A DNA stretch of 64,000 bases from an uncultured Gemmatimonadaceae bacterium. GTDB lineage: Bacteria; Gemmatimonadota; Gemmatimonadetes; Gemmatimonadales; Gemmatimonadaceae. Positions 1-10,122 of this stretch are shown here, piece after piece. The translations under genes and the position numbers were made by a program. Position 1 is the stretch's first letter; every line of letters begins with the position of its first letter. Where the stretch lies: assembly GCA_963843845.1 (NCBI GenBank), contig CAWJMB010000002.1, forward strand, positions 832,001 to 896,000, written 5' to 3'. A model generated the notes under the pieces. The model was not told the DNA's origin, searched no databases, and saw only the letters and a program-made list of their open reading frames with translations.

Positions 1-145
1 CGTCGGCGGTGAACGGATCGTCGCCGTTCGCGACCCGGTGCGAGGCGATGACTTCGTCGCACACGTCGCGCAGGCGCAGTCGGGTGCGCCGCGGCGTCGT
101 CTCGGTGCGGGAATCGTTGCGGCGGTCGTCGAGCGAGAACGTCAT
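1..145 (-). CDS. Small hypothetical protein, runs off the window edge
   Basis: Hand translation from ATG at 145: MTFSLDDRRNDSRTETTPRRTRLRLRDVCDEVIASHRVANGDDPFTAD; GC3-rich codons; divergent from the L,D-transpeptidase. Confidence 0.5.
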   Translation of the reverse strand, partial: MTFSLDDRRNDSRTETTPRRTRLRLRDVCDEVIASHRVANGDDPFTAD

Positions 146-323
146 GGTGCGGATTCCGGTCAGGGTCGTATGGATGACCTCGGTCTGGCGTGCCGGAGTG
201 CACGCTGCGTGCCGAACCGATTCCCTCGACGATCGACGCGACGAGACGTGGCCCACATTTCGCCTTGGAACGCGGTCACTCGATGTCCGATTCGACGCAG
301 TCTCGCCGTCCGCCACGCCGACC

Positions 324-2075
324 ATGCCGCCGCTCCGCCGCCTCGCTCGACCGCTCGCCCTCGCTGCCGTCGTTGCGCTCGGGACCTTCGTGGCCTGCGA
401 CCGGGCGAAGCCACGGCGCGTCGCCGCTCGCTCGCTGCAGACGATCGAGTCGGGGGGCGACGTCAGCGCGAGCTGGAATCCCCAGGGGGTGACCGACGTC
501 GCGGGCATCGATTCCGCCTCGTTGCACTCCGCGATCGGCGCGCGCGTCGCGGCGGGAGCGCCGGCCGGGATCGACGCGGACCACTGGGCCCACGTCACCC
601 GCATCTACCGGCACTACGGCAACGCGCCGCTCTGGCTCGACGGCGACGGGCTGATCGCGAATCGTGTGCAGGCGATGACGGACGCGCTGCTCGCCGCCGA
701 CAGCGACGCGCTCGACGTCAGCCACTATCCGTTCGCCGACGTCGCGCAGGCGCTCCGCGACGTGCGGGCGGGGGCCGGGCGCGTCTCCGCCGAGCAACTC
801 GCGAACGCGGACGTGCTGCTCACCGGCGCCTACGCGTCGCTCGGCGAGGACATGCTCGTGGGGCAGACCAGTCCGAAGGCGGCGAAGCAGAGCTGGCACA
901 TCGACCCGAGCGACGAGGCGATCGACGTGCAGCTCGTCTACGGGCTCGCGAACGACCGCCTCGACTCGGCGATCGCCGCGATGCGGCCGGCAAGTCCGTC
1001 GTACGACGGACTGCGCAAGGAGCTGGCGCGCTACCGGCGGCTCGCGGCGAACGGGGCGTGGGCCACGGTCCCGGCGGGCAAGGCGCTCAAGCCCGGCGAG
1101 CGCGACGCGCCGGCGAGGATCGAGGCGCTCCGTGCGCGCCTCACGGCGGAAGGGTACGCCGACGGCGCGCCCGACTCGACGGCGGCTCCTGGTGTCTACG
1201 ATCGCGGACTCGCCGGCGCCGTCGCGCAGTTCCAGGCGGCGCACGCGATCGGCGTCGACAGCATCCTCGGCGCGGGAACGATCGCGTCGCTGAACCTGCC
1301 GGTCACGTACCGCCTCGCGCAGATCGCCGCGAACCTCGAGCGGCTGCGCTGGATGCCGCGCGACCTCGGCGATCGCTACGTGCTCGTGAACGTGCCTGCG
1401 TTCACGCTCGAGGCGCACGACAGCGGCCAGACGGTGCTCGAGATGCGCGTCGTCGTCGGGCAGGACTACGAAGGGAAGACGACGCCCGCGTTCGCCGATT
1501 CGATGGAGACGGTCGTCTTCCGCCCGTACTGGAACGTCACCGACGACATCGCGGCGCAGGAGATCTGGCCCAAGGTGCAGAGCAACCCCGGCTATCTCGA
1601 GTCGCAGAACATGGAGACGTATCGCGACGGCAACGAGACGCGCATCCGCCAGCGCCCCGGCGACAAGAACTCGCTCGGCTACGTGAAGTTCCTCTTCCCG
1701 AACGACTTCAACATCTACCTGCACGACACCCCGGCGCGCGCGCTGTTCGACAAGGACGTTCGCGCGTTCAGCCACGGCTGCATCCGCGTGCAGAAGCCGG
1801 ACGAGCTGGCACAGTGGGCGCTCGGGTGGGACGCGGAGCGAGTGACGGAAGCGATGCGCGAGGGGCCGGACAACCGCAGCGTGAAGCTGCCGGCGAAGAT
1901 CCCGGTGTTCATCACGTATCTCACGGCGTACACCGACGCGGACGGGCGTCTGCGGTTCGGGAACGACCTGTACGACCGCGACGACGCGCTCGTCAGCGCG
2001 ATGCAGGCGTCGGTGCCGAGTGCGGCGGTGCAGCAGGCGGTGGAGACGCTGCGGTCGCTCGCGACGGGCGGTTGA
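324..2075 (+). CDS. Murein L,D-transpeptidase, YcbB/LdtD-like (scaffold, PG-binding and YkuD domains)
   Basis: Lipoprotein-like N-terminus (FVAC); IAANLERLRW, VNVPAF, YWNV; catalytic IYLHDTP...FSHGCIRV. Confidence 0.9.
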   Translation: MPPLRRLARPLALAAVVALGTFVACDRAKPRRVAARSLQTIESGGDVSASWNPQGVTDVAGIDSASLHSAIGARVAAGAPAGIDADHWAHVTRIYRHYGNAPLWLDGDGLIANRVQAMTDALLAADSDALDVSHYPFADVAQALRDVRAGAGRVSAEQLANADVLLTGAYASLGEDMLVGQTSPKAAKQSWHIDPSDEAIDVQLVYGLANDRLDSAIAAMRPASPSYDGLRKELARYRRLAANGAWATVPAGKALKPGERDAPARIEALRARLTAEGYADGAPDSTAAPGVYDRGLAGAVAQFQAAHAIGVDSILGAGTIASLNLPVTYRLAQIAANLERLRWMPRDLGDRYVLVNVPAFTLEAHDSGQTVLEMRVVVGQDYEGKTTPAFADSMETVVFRPYWNVTDDIAAQEIWPKVQSNPGYLESQNMETYRDGNETRIRQRPGDKNSLGYVKFLFPNDFNIYLHDTPARALFDKDVRAFSHGCIRVQKPDELAQWALGWDAERVTEAMREGPDNRSVKLPAKIPVFITYLTAYTDADGRLRFGNDLYDRDDALVSAMQASVPSAAVQQAVETLRSLATGG

Positions 2076-2193
2076 GCGCGCGGAGGGCGAAGATCCAGCC
2101 GTGCGGGCGGGAGGGAGGAGGAAGGGAATCGGCGGGCCGGTGTATACTTCCCGGCCCGCCGTTCCCGTTTCCTCACACGTCGTCGCGTCGCTC

Positions 2194-3333
2194 ATGTCGT
2201 CGAAGTCGCTCGTTCGTTCGTTCGTTCCGCTCGCCGCGCTCGCCGGCGCGGCTGCATTCACGGCCTGCGCGAGCGAAGGCACGCGGCAGAGCGTGTCCGC
2301 CGGTGAAGTCGCTCCAGCCGACGCGCGCGAGCAGCGCATCGACAGCGTGTCGCCGGCGCTGACTCCGGTCGTCGCCACGCCGGTCGCCACGCCGGTCGCC
2401 ACCGGGGTCGCGACGAACGACTCGGTGGCGCCGAAGCTCATCGCCGGCCGCAACAAGCACGACGAGAACTCGTTCGCGGCGGCCATCCGGCAGGGCACGA
2501 AGCGGCTCGCGACGTGGCCCGCGGGCCCGACGCCGGCGCCCGGCGCGCTGCTCCCGGGCAAGCGCATCATCGCGTACTACGGCAATCCCCATTCGAAGAA
2601 GATGGGGGTCATCGGCGAGTACCCGGAGCAGCAGATGCTGGGGATGCTCGACAAGACCGTGGCGCAGTGGAAGGCGGCCGACCCGTCGACGCCCGTCATG
2701 CCGGCGATTCACCTCGTGGCGGTCGTCGCGCAGGGCGACCCGGGGCCGGACGGCGGGTGGCGGCGGCGCGAGACGCCGCAGATGATCGAGAAGACCTATG
2801 GCTGGGCGAAGAGCCGCAACGGCGTGCTGTTCCTCGACATCCAGGCGTCGCACAGCACGCTCCAGAAGGAGCTGCCGCTGCTCCTCAAGTACCTCGAGCG
2901 CCCCGACGTGCACCTCGGCATCGACCCCGAGTTCTACATGCACTACAAGCGCGAAGGAGTGCGGCCGAGCGCGAAGGTGGGGCAGATGATGGCGAGCGAC
3001 GTGAACTACGCGATCCAGACGCTCGACCGCCTCGTCACCGAGAAGAAGATCCCGCCGAAGGTGCTCGTCGTGCACCGCTTCCGCACGGACATGACGCCCG
3101 ACTACCAGAACATCCGGCCGACGAAGAACGTGCAGGTCGTGATGCACATGGACGGCTGGGGCCCGCCGTGGCTCAAGTTCGACTCGTATCATCACTACGT
3201 CGTGAACGAGCCGGTCCAGTTCACCGGGATGAAGATCTTCTACCACAACGACACGAAGAAAGGCGACGCGCTGCTCACGCCGAAGGAGGTGTTGCAGCTC
3301 AAGCCGCGCCCGCTCTACATCCAGTATCAGTGA
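2194..3333 (+). CDS. Conserved hypothetical lipoprotein
   Basis: Signal peptide with lipobox-like FTAC; globular domain YYGNPHSKKMG...HLGIDPEF...MDGWG; PVAT repeats in linker. Confidence 0.75.
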   Translation: MSSKSLVRSFVPLAALAGAAAFTACASEGTRQSVSAGEVAPADAREQRIDSVSPALTPVVATPVATPVATGVATNDSVAPKLIAGRNKHDENSFAAAIRQGTKRLATWPAGPTPAPGALLPGKRIIAYYGNPHSKKMGVIGEYPEQQMLGMLDKTVAQWKAADPSTPVMPAIHLVAVVAQGDPGPDGGWRRRETPQMIEKTYGWAKSRNGVLFLDIQASHSTLQKELPLLLKYLERPDVHLGIDPEFYMHYKREGVRPSAKVGQMMASDVNYAIQTLDRLVTEKKIPPKVLVVHRFRTDMTPDYQNIRPTKNVQVVMHMDGWGPPWLKFDSYHHYVVNEPVQFTGMKIFYHNDTKKGDALLTPKEVLQLKPRPLYIQYQ

Positions 3334-4271
3334 CCGACCCCGGCGGGTCGTCGATCGACCGCGCGATCGGCCGCACCCCTGTCGTGCGCCTGTCGCGCGT
3401 CGTCGAGCCCGGGATGGCCGAGCTGTGGGTGAAGGTCGAGGGGGTGAACCCGGGCGGCTCGATCAAGGACCGCACCGCGTTAGGCATGATCACCGACGCC
3501 GAGGCGCGCGGGCTGTTGAAGCCCGGCGGCACGATCGTCGAGCCGACGTCGGGGAACACGGGCATCGGCCTCGCGCAGGTCGCCTCGGCGCGCGGCTACC
3601 GGCTCATCCTCTGCCTCCCGGCGCAGATGAGCGAGGAGCGCAAGCGCACGCTCCGCGCGTACGGCGCGGAGCTCGTGCTGACCGACCCCGAGCGGCGCAT
3701 GCTCGCGGCGATCGAGGAGGCCGAGCGCATCCGCGACACGACGGGGGCGTGGATGCCGAACCAGTTCGCCAACCCGGCGAACCCGCGCGTGCACTACGAG
3801 ACGACGGGGCCGGAGCTGTGGGAGCAGATGGACGGCCGCGTCGACGCGTTCGTCTACGGCTCGGGGACGGGGGGGACGATCGCCGGCGTCGGGCGCTTCC
3901 TGAAGGAGCGGGTGCCGAACGTGCTCGTCGTCGCCGTCGAGCCGGGACGCTCGCCGGTCCTGTCGGGTGGGCAGCGCGGCCAGCACCAGTTCCAGGGAAT
4001 GGGGCCGGGCTTCGTGCCGCCGAACTTCGACTGGAGCGTCGTCGACCGCGTGGTGCAGGCGTGGGAGGAAGACGCGTTCCCGATCGCGCGGCGGCTCGCG
4101 CGCGAAGAAGGGCTGTTCGTCGGGATGTCGACCGGCGCGATCACGTGGGCCGCGTTGGGCGTCGCGCGCGAACTCGGCGCAGGGAAGCGGGTCGTGATGA
4201 TCGCGCCGGATTCAGGGGCGCGGTATCTCTCGACGACGCTGTTCACCGTCGAGGACGACCCGCCGATCTGA
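3330..4271 (+). CDS. cysK: Cysteine synthase (O-acetylserine sulfhydrylase)
   Basis: IGRTPVV, NPGGSIKDR (PLP lysine), EPTSGNTGIGLA, GTGGT; GTGA overlap with upstream stop. Confidence 0.88.
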   Translation: MTDPGGSSIDRAIGRTPVVRLSRVVEPGMAELWVKVEGVNPGGSIKDRTALGMITDAEARGLLKPGGTIVEPTSGNTGIGLAQVASARGYRLILCLPAQMSEERKRTLRAYGAELVLTDPERRMLAAIEEAERIRDTTGAWMPNQFANPANPRVHYETTGPELWEQMDGRVDAFVYGSGTGGTIAGVGRFLKERVPNVLVVAVEPGRSPVLSGGQRGQHQFQGMGPGFVPPNFDWSVVDRVVQAWEEDAFPIARRLAREEGLFVGMSTGAITWAALGVARELGAGKRVVMIAPDSGARYLSTTLFTVEDDPPI

Positions 4272-4300
4272 GCGCGGCGGGTCGTCCTCGACGCCGACCG

Positions 4301-4924
4301 TCAGGCGCCGCGTCGGCGACGCAGAGCGCCCAGCGCGAGGAGACCGCTCGCCATGAGGGCGAGCGTGGCCGGCTCGGGAGCGGCAGTGACCCCGATGGGT
4401 CCGACGTTCAGGTCATCGAGAAAGAGCAGCGAACTGCCGTTCGGCGTGCTCGCGCGGAAGCCGACCTGGTCGACGTTCCCGAAGCCGGCGCCGAGCGTCG
4501 TGAGCACCGGTGTGGTCGTGAGCGTCAGCAGTTGCGTGGCGACCTCGACACCGCCCAGCCGCCCGACGATGAACACGCTCGTCGAGCCGACGTTGATGCC
4601 CGGGCCGGTCACGCCGGCGACGGGGAGGACGGCCATCTGGCTGAAGGCGCCACTCAGCAACGAGAACGACCCGCCACCGGTGCGTGAGATCGTCGATGCG
4701 GCGCCTCGCGTGAACGCGAACCTGGTTCCCGACGCGTTTCCGGTCCCGAATCGCGTATCGAGCGAGAGGAACAGGTCGAACGTCAGCGGGCCGGCAGTGG
4801 TGAAGAACTCGTAGTTGCCGCTCGTCGACTCGAAATCGACGGCCTGCGCGTGTGCGCGGCGGGCGGGGGTCGCGACGAGCGCGAGCAGGGTGAGCGAAGC
4901 GACGGTACGAACGCGAAGCGACAT
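4301..4924 (-). CDS. PEP-CTERM sorting domain protein
   Basis: Signal peptide (AHAQA); C-terminal APEPATLALMASGLLALGALRRRR. Confidence 0.9.
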   Translation of the reverse strand: MSLRVRTVASLTLLALVATPARRAHAQAVDFESTSGNYEFFTTAGPLTFDLFLSLDTRFGTGNASGTRFAFTRGAASTISRTGGGSFSLLSGAFSQMAVLPVAGVTGPGINVGSTSVFIVGRLGGVEVATQLLTLTTTPVLTTLGAGFGNVDQVGFRASTPNGSSLLFLDDLNVGPIGVTAAPEPATLALMASGLLALGALRRRRGA

Positions 4925-5133
4925 CGGCGGCGGGATCGGAGGGAAAGCGAGCGGGCAGTGCTCGGAGGACGGGTCGAGATCGTCGCAGGGGCGAATTTCG
5001 CTCCATCACAGCGGCGAGCTCGTCTGCACCGCCGGCGCGGTGACACACGTTAACGCACGAGATGCCGGACGGATACGTCTTCGTGGCCTCGTCGTGCGCC
5101 GCGCGCAGAGCGCCGGCCACCCCGGGACCGGGG

Positions 5134-6096
5134 TCAGTTCCCCGCGTTCGCGTACTGCTCCGACGGCGACGGCACCGCAGAGACGTTCACGTCGATCGGG
5201 AGGCGCACGCCGTTGTGGCTCTCGACGACGTCGAGCCGCCCCTGCCAGACGTCGGCGAACGCATGCCCGACGTCGGTCGGCCCCTTGTCGGTCGAGAAGT
5301 TGCGCCCGCTGGCGACCCAGACCGTCGGGCGCTCCGGGCTCTCGAATGCGGCGAACACGTCGACGAGGTCGTCGTGCACGCGGGCGGCGTTGTGCGCGTG
5401 CACGTAGACGCCGGGGCGGTAGCGGCCGTCGGCGAGCACGCGGGCGGTCCACTCGCGGTAGTAGGCGCGCATCGCCTCGGGCATGCGCTCCATCCGCTCG
5501 ATGTCGAGGAAGATCACCGTGCCGTGCGCGAAGCCCTCCGCCGCCGCCCTCGCCACCGCGTCCGTTCCGTCCCGCCGCCCGCGCGGCGCGCTGACGAAGT
5601 GGGCATTGCACGACGCTCCCCGGCGCGTCGCCGAGGCCGCCGCCTTGCTCGTCGGGCTCGGCGTGCGTCCCCACGTCTGCTGGCCGACGTAGATGACGGC
5701 CATCCCCCACCCCATCCCCTGCAGCCGCTCGCGCGTCCCGGCCCACGAGCCGTCGCGGTGGCAGGGCGCGGGCAGATAGTAGCCGACCCAGCGATAGCGA
5801 CCGGCGTCCTTCCACGCTCGCATCGCGCGGTCGCCCGGATACACGTTCGTGTCGAAGCCGAGGTGCGTCGCGGTCGTGACGGCGGCGAGGTCGAGCGGAA
5901 GCTCGGCCGCGCGCGCGGCGGCATCGGCGACGGCGCTCGGGAGGACAGCCGGCTCGAGCCGCCAGAGGTGTGGCAGGGCGAGCAGTGCCCCCGCACCGAG
6001 GCACGCCGCGCGCGCGGCTGGGCGCCACCGATGGCCACGCGCGGCGAGGCGCGCAGCGATCGAGCGGTGAACGGAGTGATGCAGGTCACGAAGCAT
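5134..6096 (-). CDS. DUF1906 / Rv2525c-like glycoside hydrolase domain protein
   Basis: GFDTNVYPG, WVGYYL, IFLDIE, YRPGVY, IDVNV motifs; start uncertain. Confidence 0.75.
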   Translation of the reverse strand: MLRDLHHSVHRSIAARLAARGHRWRPAARAACLGAGALLALPHLWRLEPAVLPSAVADAAARAAELPLDLAAVTTATHLGFDTNVYPGDRAMRAWKDAGRYRWVGYYLPAPCHRDGSWAGTRERLQGMGWGMAVIYVGQQTWGRTPSPTSKAAASATRRGASCNAHFVSAPRGRRDGTDAVARAAAEGFAHGTVIFLDIERMERMPEAMRAYYREWTARVLADGRYRPGVYVHAHNAARVHDDLVDVFAAFESPERPTVWVASGRNFSTDKGPTDVGHAFADVWQGRLDVVESHNGVRLPIDVNVSAVPSPSEQYANAGN

Positions 6097-6317
6097 GTGA
6101 TGTCAATGCTACGCGTCCCGGCGACTCGGGGTCCTGGCCGTGCGCGCGAGTTTCCTGAGGCGCTGACTGCGCGATCAGGCCTTCCGGCGCCGAACGGGCA
6201 CGCGACGTTCATCGCCGCACCGCATCCGCGGTCTCGGCCGCCCGCCGCGTACGGCTCTTGCACTTCCCCGCGCCTGATCTACCGAGGATGCACCGATCCA
6301 TTTTGGGAGGCCAGACC

Positions 6318-6938
6318 ATGCAGTCCGTGACCCGTTACCGCTCTACCCTGCTTCTCGGCGCCGCGCTCGCGCTCGGCGCATGCTCGAAAGCCGATTCGAC
6401 GGCCGACTCGGCGGCGGCCGTGGCCGCCTCGGATTCGATGGCGATGATGAAGAACGACTCGACGGCCATGGGGGCCGGCGCGATGAGCGCCGCCAACATC
6501 GCGGCGGCGGTCGGCATGACGAACATGAACGAGATCAACGCCGGCAAGCTGGCCCAGGACAAGGCCACCAACGCCGACGTGAAGGCGTTCGCGAAGCAGA
6601 TGGTCGACGAGCACCAGATGATGCAGTCGCAGCTCGACTCGCTCTCGCAGGCGAAGGGGATCGTGCCGCAGCCGCCGCAGCCGATGGCGGAGGAGATGAC
6701 GAAGATGGCCGATCAGACGACGACGATGCTGAACGAAAAGGCGAAGGGCGCCGAGTACGACCGCGCGTACATCGAGTCGCAGGTGGCCGGTCACCAGAAG
6801 GCCGTGAACGACCTCCAGGCCTTCTCGAACTCGGCGACGGATCCGGACCTCAAGGCGCTGATCGACGCCGCGATCCCGAAGGTGCAGGGGCACCTCGACA
6901 AGGCGCAGCAGATCCAGGCGTCGCTCGCGAAGATGTGA
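6318..6938 (+). CDS. DUF4142 family lipoprotein
   Basis: GGAGG RBS; lipobox LGAC; EINAGKLA...VKAFAKQMVDEH...YDRAYIESQVAGH...HL. Confidence 0.85.
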   Translation: MQSVTRYRSTLLLGAALALGACSKADSTADSAAAVAASDSMAMMKNDSTAMGAGAMSAANIAAAVGMTNMNEINAGKLAQDKATNADVKAFAKQMVDEHQMMQSQLDSLSQAKGIVPQPPQPMAEEMTKMADQTTTMLNEKAKGAEYDRAYIESQVAGHQKAVNDLQAFSNSATDPDLKALIDAAIPKVQGHLDKAQQIQASLAKM

Positions 6939-7192
6939 TGCGTCGCCTTTCTCTTCAGTTCGCCGTGGCGGCGAGCGCGGCGCTCGCCGCGCTCGCCTGC
7001 ACGCCCGAGCCGAACTCGACGCCGCCGGCGGCGAACGACACGGCTGCGGCGCCGGCGACACAGCAGTCGCTCAGCCCGAATCCGAGCATGGGGGACAGCA
7101 CGAGCGGGATGTCCGGACGGACAGGACAGCCGGGAGTGGCTGGTGACACGATGGGTGCGCGCGGCAAGGCGGCAGGAGTCCCGCGGCCGTAG
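6938..7192 (+). CDS. Small hypothetical lipoprotein (84 aa)
   Basis: TGATG coupling to upstream gene; signal with LAALAC; low-complexity body. Confidence 0.65.
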   Translation: MRRLSLQFAVAASAALAALACTPEPNSTPPAANDTAAAPATQQSLSPNPSMGDSTSGMSGRTGQPGVAGDTMGARGKAAGVPRP

Positions 7193-7307
7193 GCAGCCGG
7201 GGTGATGGCCGGACGGCGGGGCGCATGGCGGTGGGGTGAGCAGCGTTTCCTCTCGACGTCGCGTTAATGGAGCGGTCCCTCGCACCATCGACCCCGTCCC
7301 CGCCGTC

Positions 7308-10074
7308 ATGTCCCCCACTCTCCCGTGCCCCCGCCGAGTGTTGTTGCGCTCGGCCATCCTCGTCGTGCTGCCGCTGCCACTGTTCGCGCAGAGCGCGCAG
7401 CCGGCGGCGAGCGCCCGCCCGAGCGCCTGGTCGGCGCGCGAGGTGCTCGCGACCGAGACGTATACGAAGCCGGCCGCGGAGATCGAGCGGCTCGTGACGG
7501 CGCCGCGCTACAAGAACGTCGCGCTGACCAATCTGAGCCCGGACCGGAAGTACTTCCTGACCACCGTCACGGCGGACATGCCGACCGTGCAGCAGTTCGG
7601 GAAGCCGCACACCTACTTCGCCGGTCTGCAGGTCGACACGAGGGCGAACCGGGCGCGCGCGCTGACGACGCGCGGCAGCTCGGGGATCGCGCTCGTCGAC
7701 GCGGCGACGGGGGAGCGGCGCGCGGTGCAGATGCCGGCCGGCGCGACGGCGTCGAGCCCGAAGTGGTCGCCGGACGGGAAGCGTGTCGCGTTCATCGCGA
7801 ACTTCGACGACGCGTCGCGGCTGTATGTCGCCGACGTCGCGACCGGGCGGTCGCGGCAGCTCAGCACGGTGCCGCTGCTCGCGACGCTCGTGACCGACGT
7901 CGACTGGACGGTGGACGGCAAGTCGCTCGTGACGGTGCTCGTACCGAGCGGGCGCGGCGCGGCGCCGACGCGGCCGGCGGTCGAGACGGGGCCGCTCGTG
8001 CGGCTCACCGACGGGCACAAGGACAAGACGCGGAACTACGCGAGCCTGCTCCGAGATCCGTACGACAAGGCGGGGCTCGAGTACTACGCGACCGGCCAGC
8101 TCGCGCTCGTCGACGCGACGAGCGGCGCCGTGAAGCGCGTCGGGGCGCCGGCGCCGATCTTCTCGGTCGAGGCGTCGCCGACCGGATCGCACTTCATCGT
8201 CACGACGATGAACAAGCCGTACTCGTACATCGTGCAGTACGGCGCGTTCGGGCAGACGACGGCGATCTGGGACGCCGCGGGCACGACGGTCGCCGAGCTG
8301 TCGAGGCGTCCGCTGCGCGAGAGCGATGGCGGTGGCGACGACGCCGGCCCGCCGGGCGCCGCGCGCGCCGGCGCGGACACGGCGCGCCGCGACTTCACGT
8401 GGCTGCCGAACGGAACGCTCGCGTTCCTGCAGCAGGAGCCGGCCGCGGGCGGGCGTCCATCGACGGACAGCACCGCGTCGGCCGGGGCGGCGACGGGCGC
8501 GACGGGTGACGCGCCCGTCAACGTGGCGCCGGCGAACGGCGCGCAGGCGGGGCGCGGCGGCATGGGCGGTCCGGGCGGCGCCGCGACGCGCCGCCGCGAT
8601 CGCCTCGTCGCGTGGGCGCCGCCGTTCGACGCCTCGAGCCGCAAGGTGCTGTTCGAGAGCGACACGCGGATGAGCGGCGTGCTGTTCAACGCCGACGCCA
8701 GCATGGCCTTCGTGGCCGAGAACGCGAACGGGGTCGGGACGGTGTACGCGACCTACTTCAACGAGCCCGGGAAGCGCTACACGCTGTGGCGGATGCGCGG
8801 CCAGACGGCGAGCGTCGGTGGCGGACGCGGCGGCTTCGGCGGCGGGCGCGGCGGCGGCGGCGACGACTCGCTGTCGTTCTACCAGAACCCTGGCGCGCTC
8901 GTGACGCAGCCGGGGCGCGTCGGGACGCCCGCGGCGCTCGTCTCGAGCGACGGGTCGACGGCGTACCTCGCCGGCACCCGCTACGACCGCGAGTGGCAGA
9001 AGGCGGCGCCGCGCGGCTTCGTCGACCGGGTCGAGATCAAGACCGGGAAGAAGACCCCGGTCTTCATGAGCTCGACCGAGCTCTACGAAACGGTCTCGGC
9101 GCCGCTCGACGACGACTACACGAAGTTCGTCGTGATGCGCGAAGGGCCGAAGACGATCGCCGACGCGTGGCTGCGCGACACGAAGACGGGGCAGACGACG
9201 CAGCTCACGCACAACGTCGACTACACCCCCGAGTTCACCGCCTTGCAGCGCCGCCGCATCGCCGTGACGCGGCCGGACGGGTACCGCTTCTACGTGAACG
9301 TCACGCTGCCGGCCAACTATCAGGCGGGCACGCGCCTTCCCGGGATGTTCTGGTTCTACCCGTACGAGTACACCGACCAGGCGAGCTACGACCGCACGCT
9401 GCGGACGCAGAACATCAACGCGTTCCCGAACGCCGGCCCGCGCACGATCGAGTACTTCGCGACGCAGGGTTACACGGTCGCGAACTTCGACCCGCCGATC
9501 GTCGGCACGACGGGGCGGATGAACGACAACTACATCTCGGACCTGACGGCGGATCTGCTCGCGGTGATCGACGAGCTCGACAAGCAGGGGCTCATCGACC
9601 GCGCGCGGCTCGGCATCGGCGGACACTAGCTACGGCGCGTTCAGCACGCTCAACGCGATGACGCGCACGACGCTCTTCAAGGCCGGCATCGCGGGCGACG
9701 GCATGTACAATCGCTCCCTGACGCCGAACGGCTTCCAGAGCGAGCGGCGCGACTTCTGGGAGGCGCAGCGCACGTACCTCGACATGTCGCCGTTCTTCTA
9801 CGCCGACAAGCTGTCGGGCGCGCTGCTCATGTACCACTCGATCGAGGATCAGAACGTCGGCACCGACCCGATCATCTCGGTGCGCATGATGCACGCGCTG
9901 CAGGGGCTCGGCAAAACGGCGTCGCTGTACATGTATCCGTACGAGGACCACGGGCCGGCGACGAAGGAGACGCTGCTCGACCAGTGGGCGCGGTGGACGG
10001 CGTGGATCGATCTCTACGTGAAGAACGGCGAGAAGAAGGCGCCGGGGGCGATGGACACGAAGGCGATCCAGTGA
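7308..10074 (+). CDS. S9 family peptidase (beta-propeller + alpha/beta hydrolase); one +1 frameshift at ~9627
   Basis: WSPDG propeller repeats; GGH-S-YG nucleophile motif interrupted by one extra base (cac-t-agc-tac); C-terminal HSIEDQNV and YPYEDH in ORF 9658..10074. Confidence 0.85.
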
Positions 10075-10122
10075 GCTGACCGGTCGCCCCCCGGTCGTGT
10101 CCTTCGCAGCGCCGGAGGGGCA

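Noticed and set aside
8810..8865. RGG-rich insert in the S9 peptidase as an RNA-binding or phase-separation element
   Set aside because: Located in a secreted protein; similar Gly-rich linkers occur in several other exported proteins here.
9620..9640. Deliberate inactivation of the S9 peptidase at its catalytic Ser
   Set aside because: Removing one base restores GHSYG and the downstream Asp/His residues are intact; probably a sequencing error.
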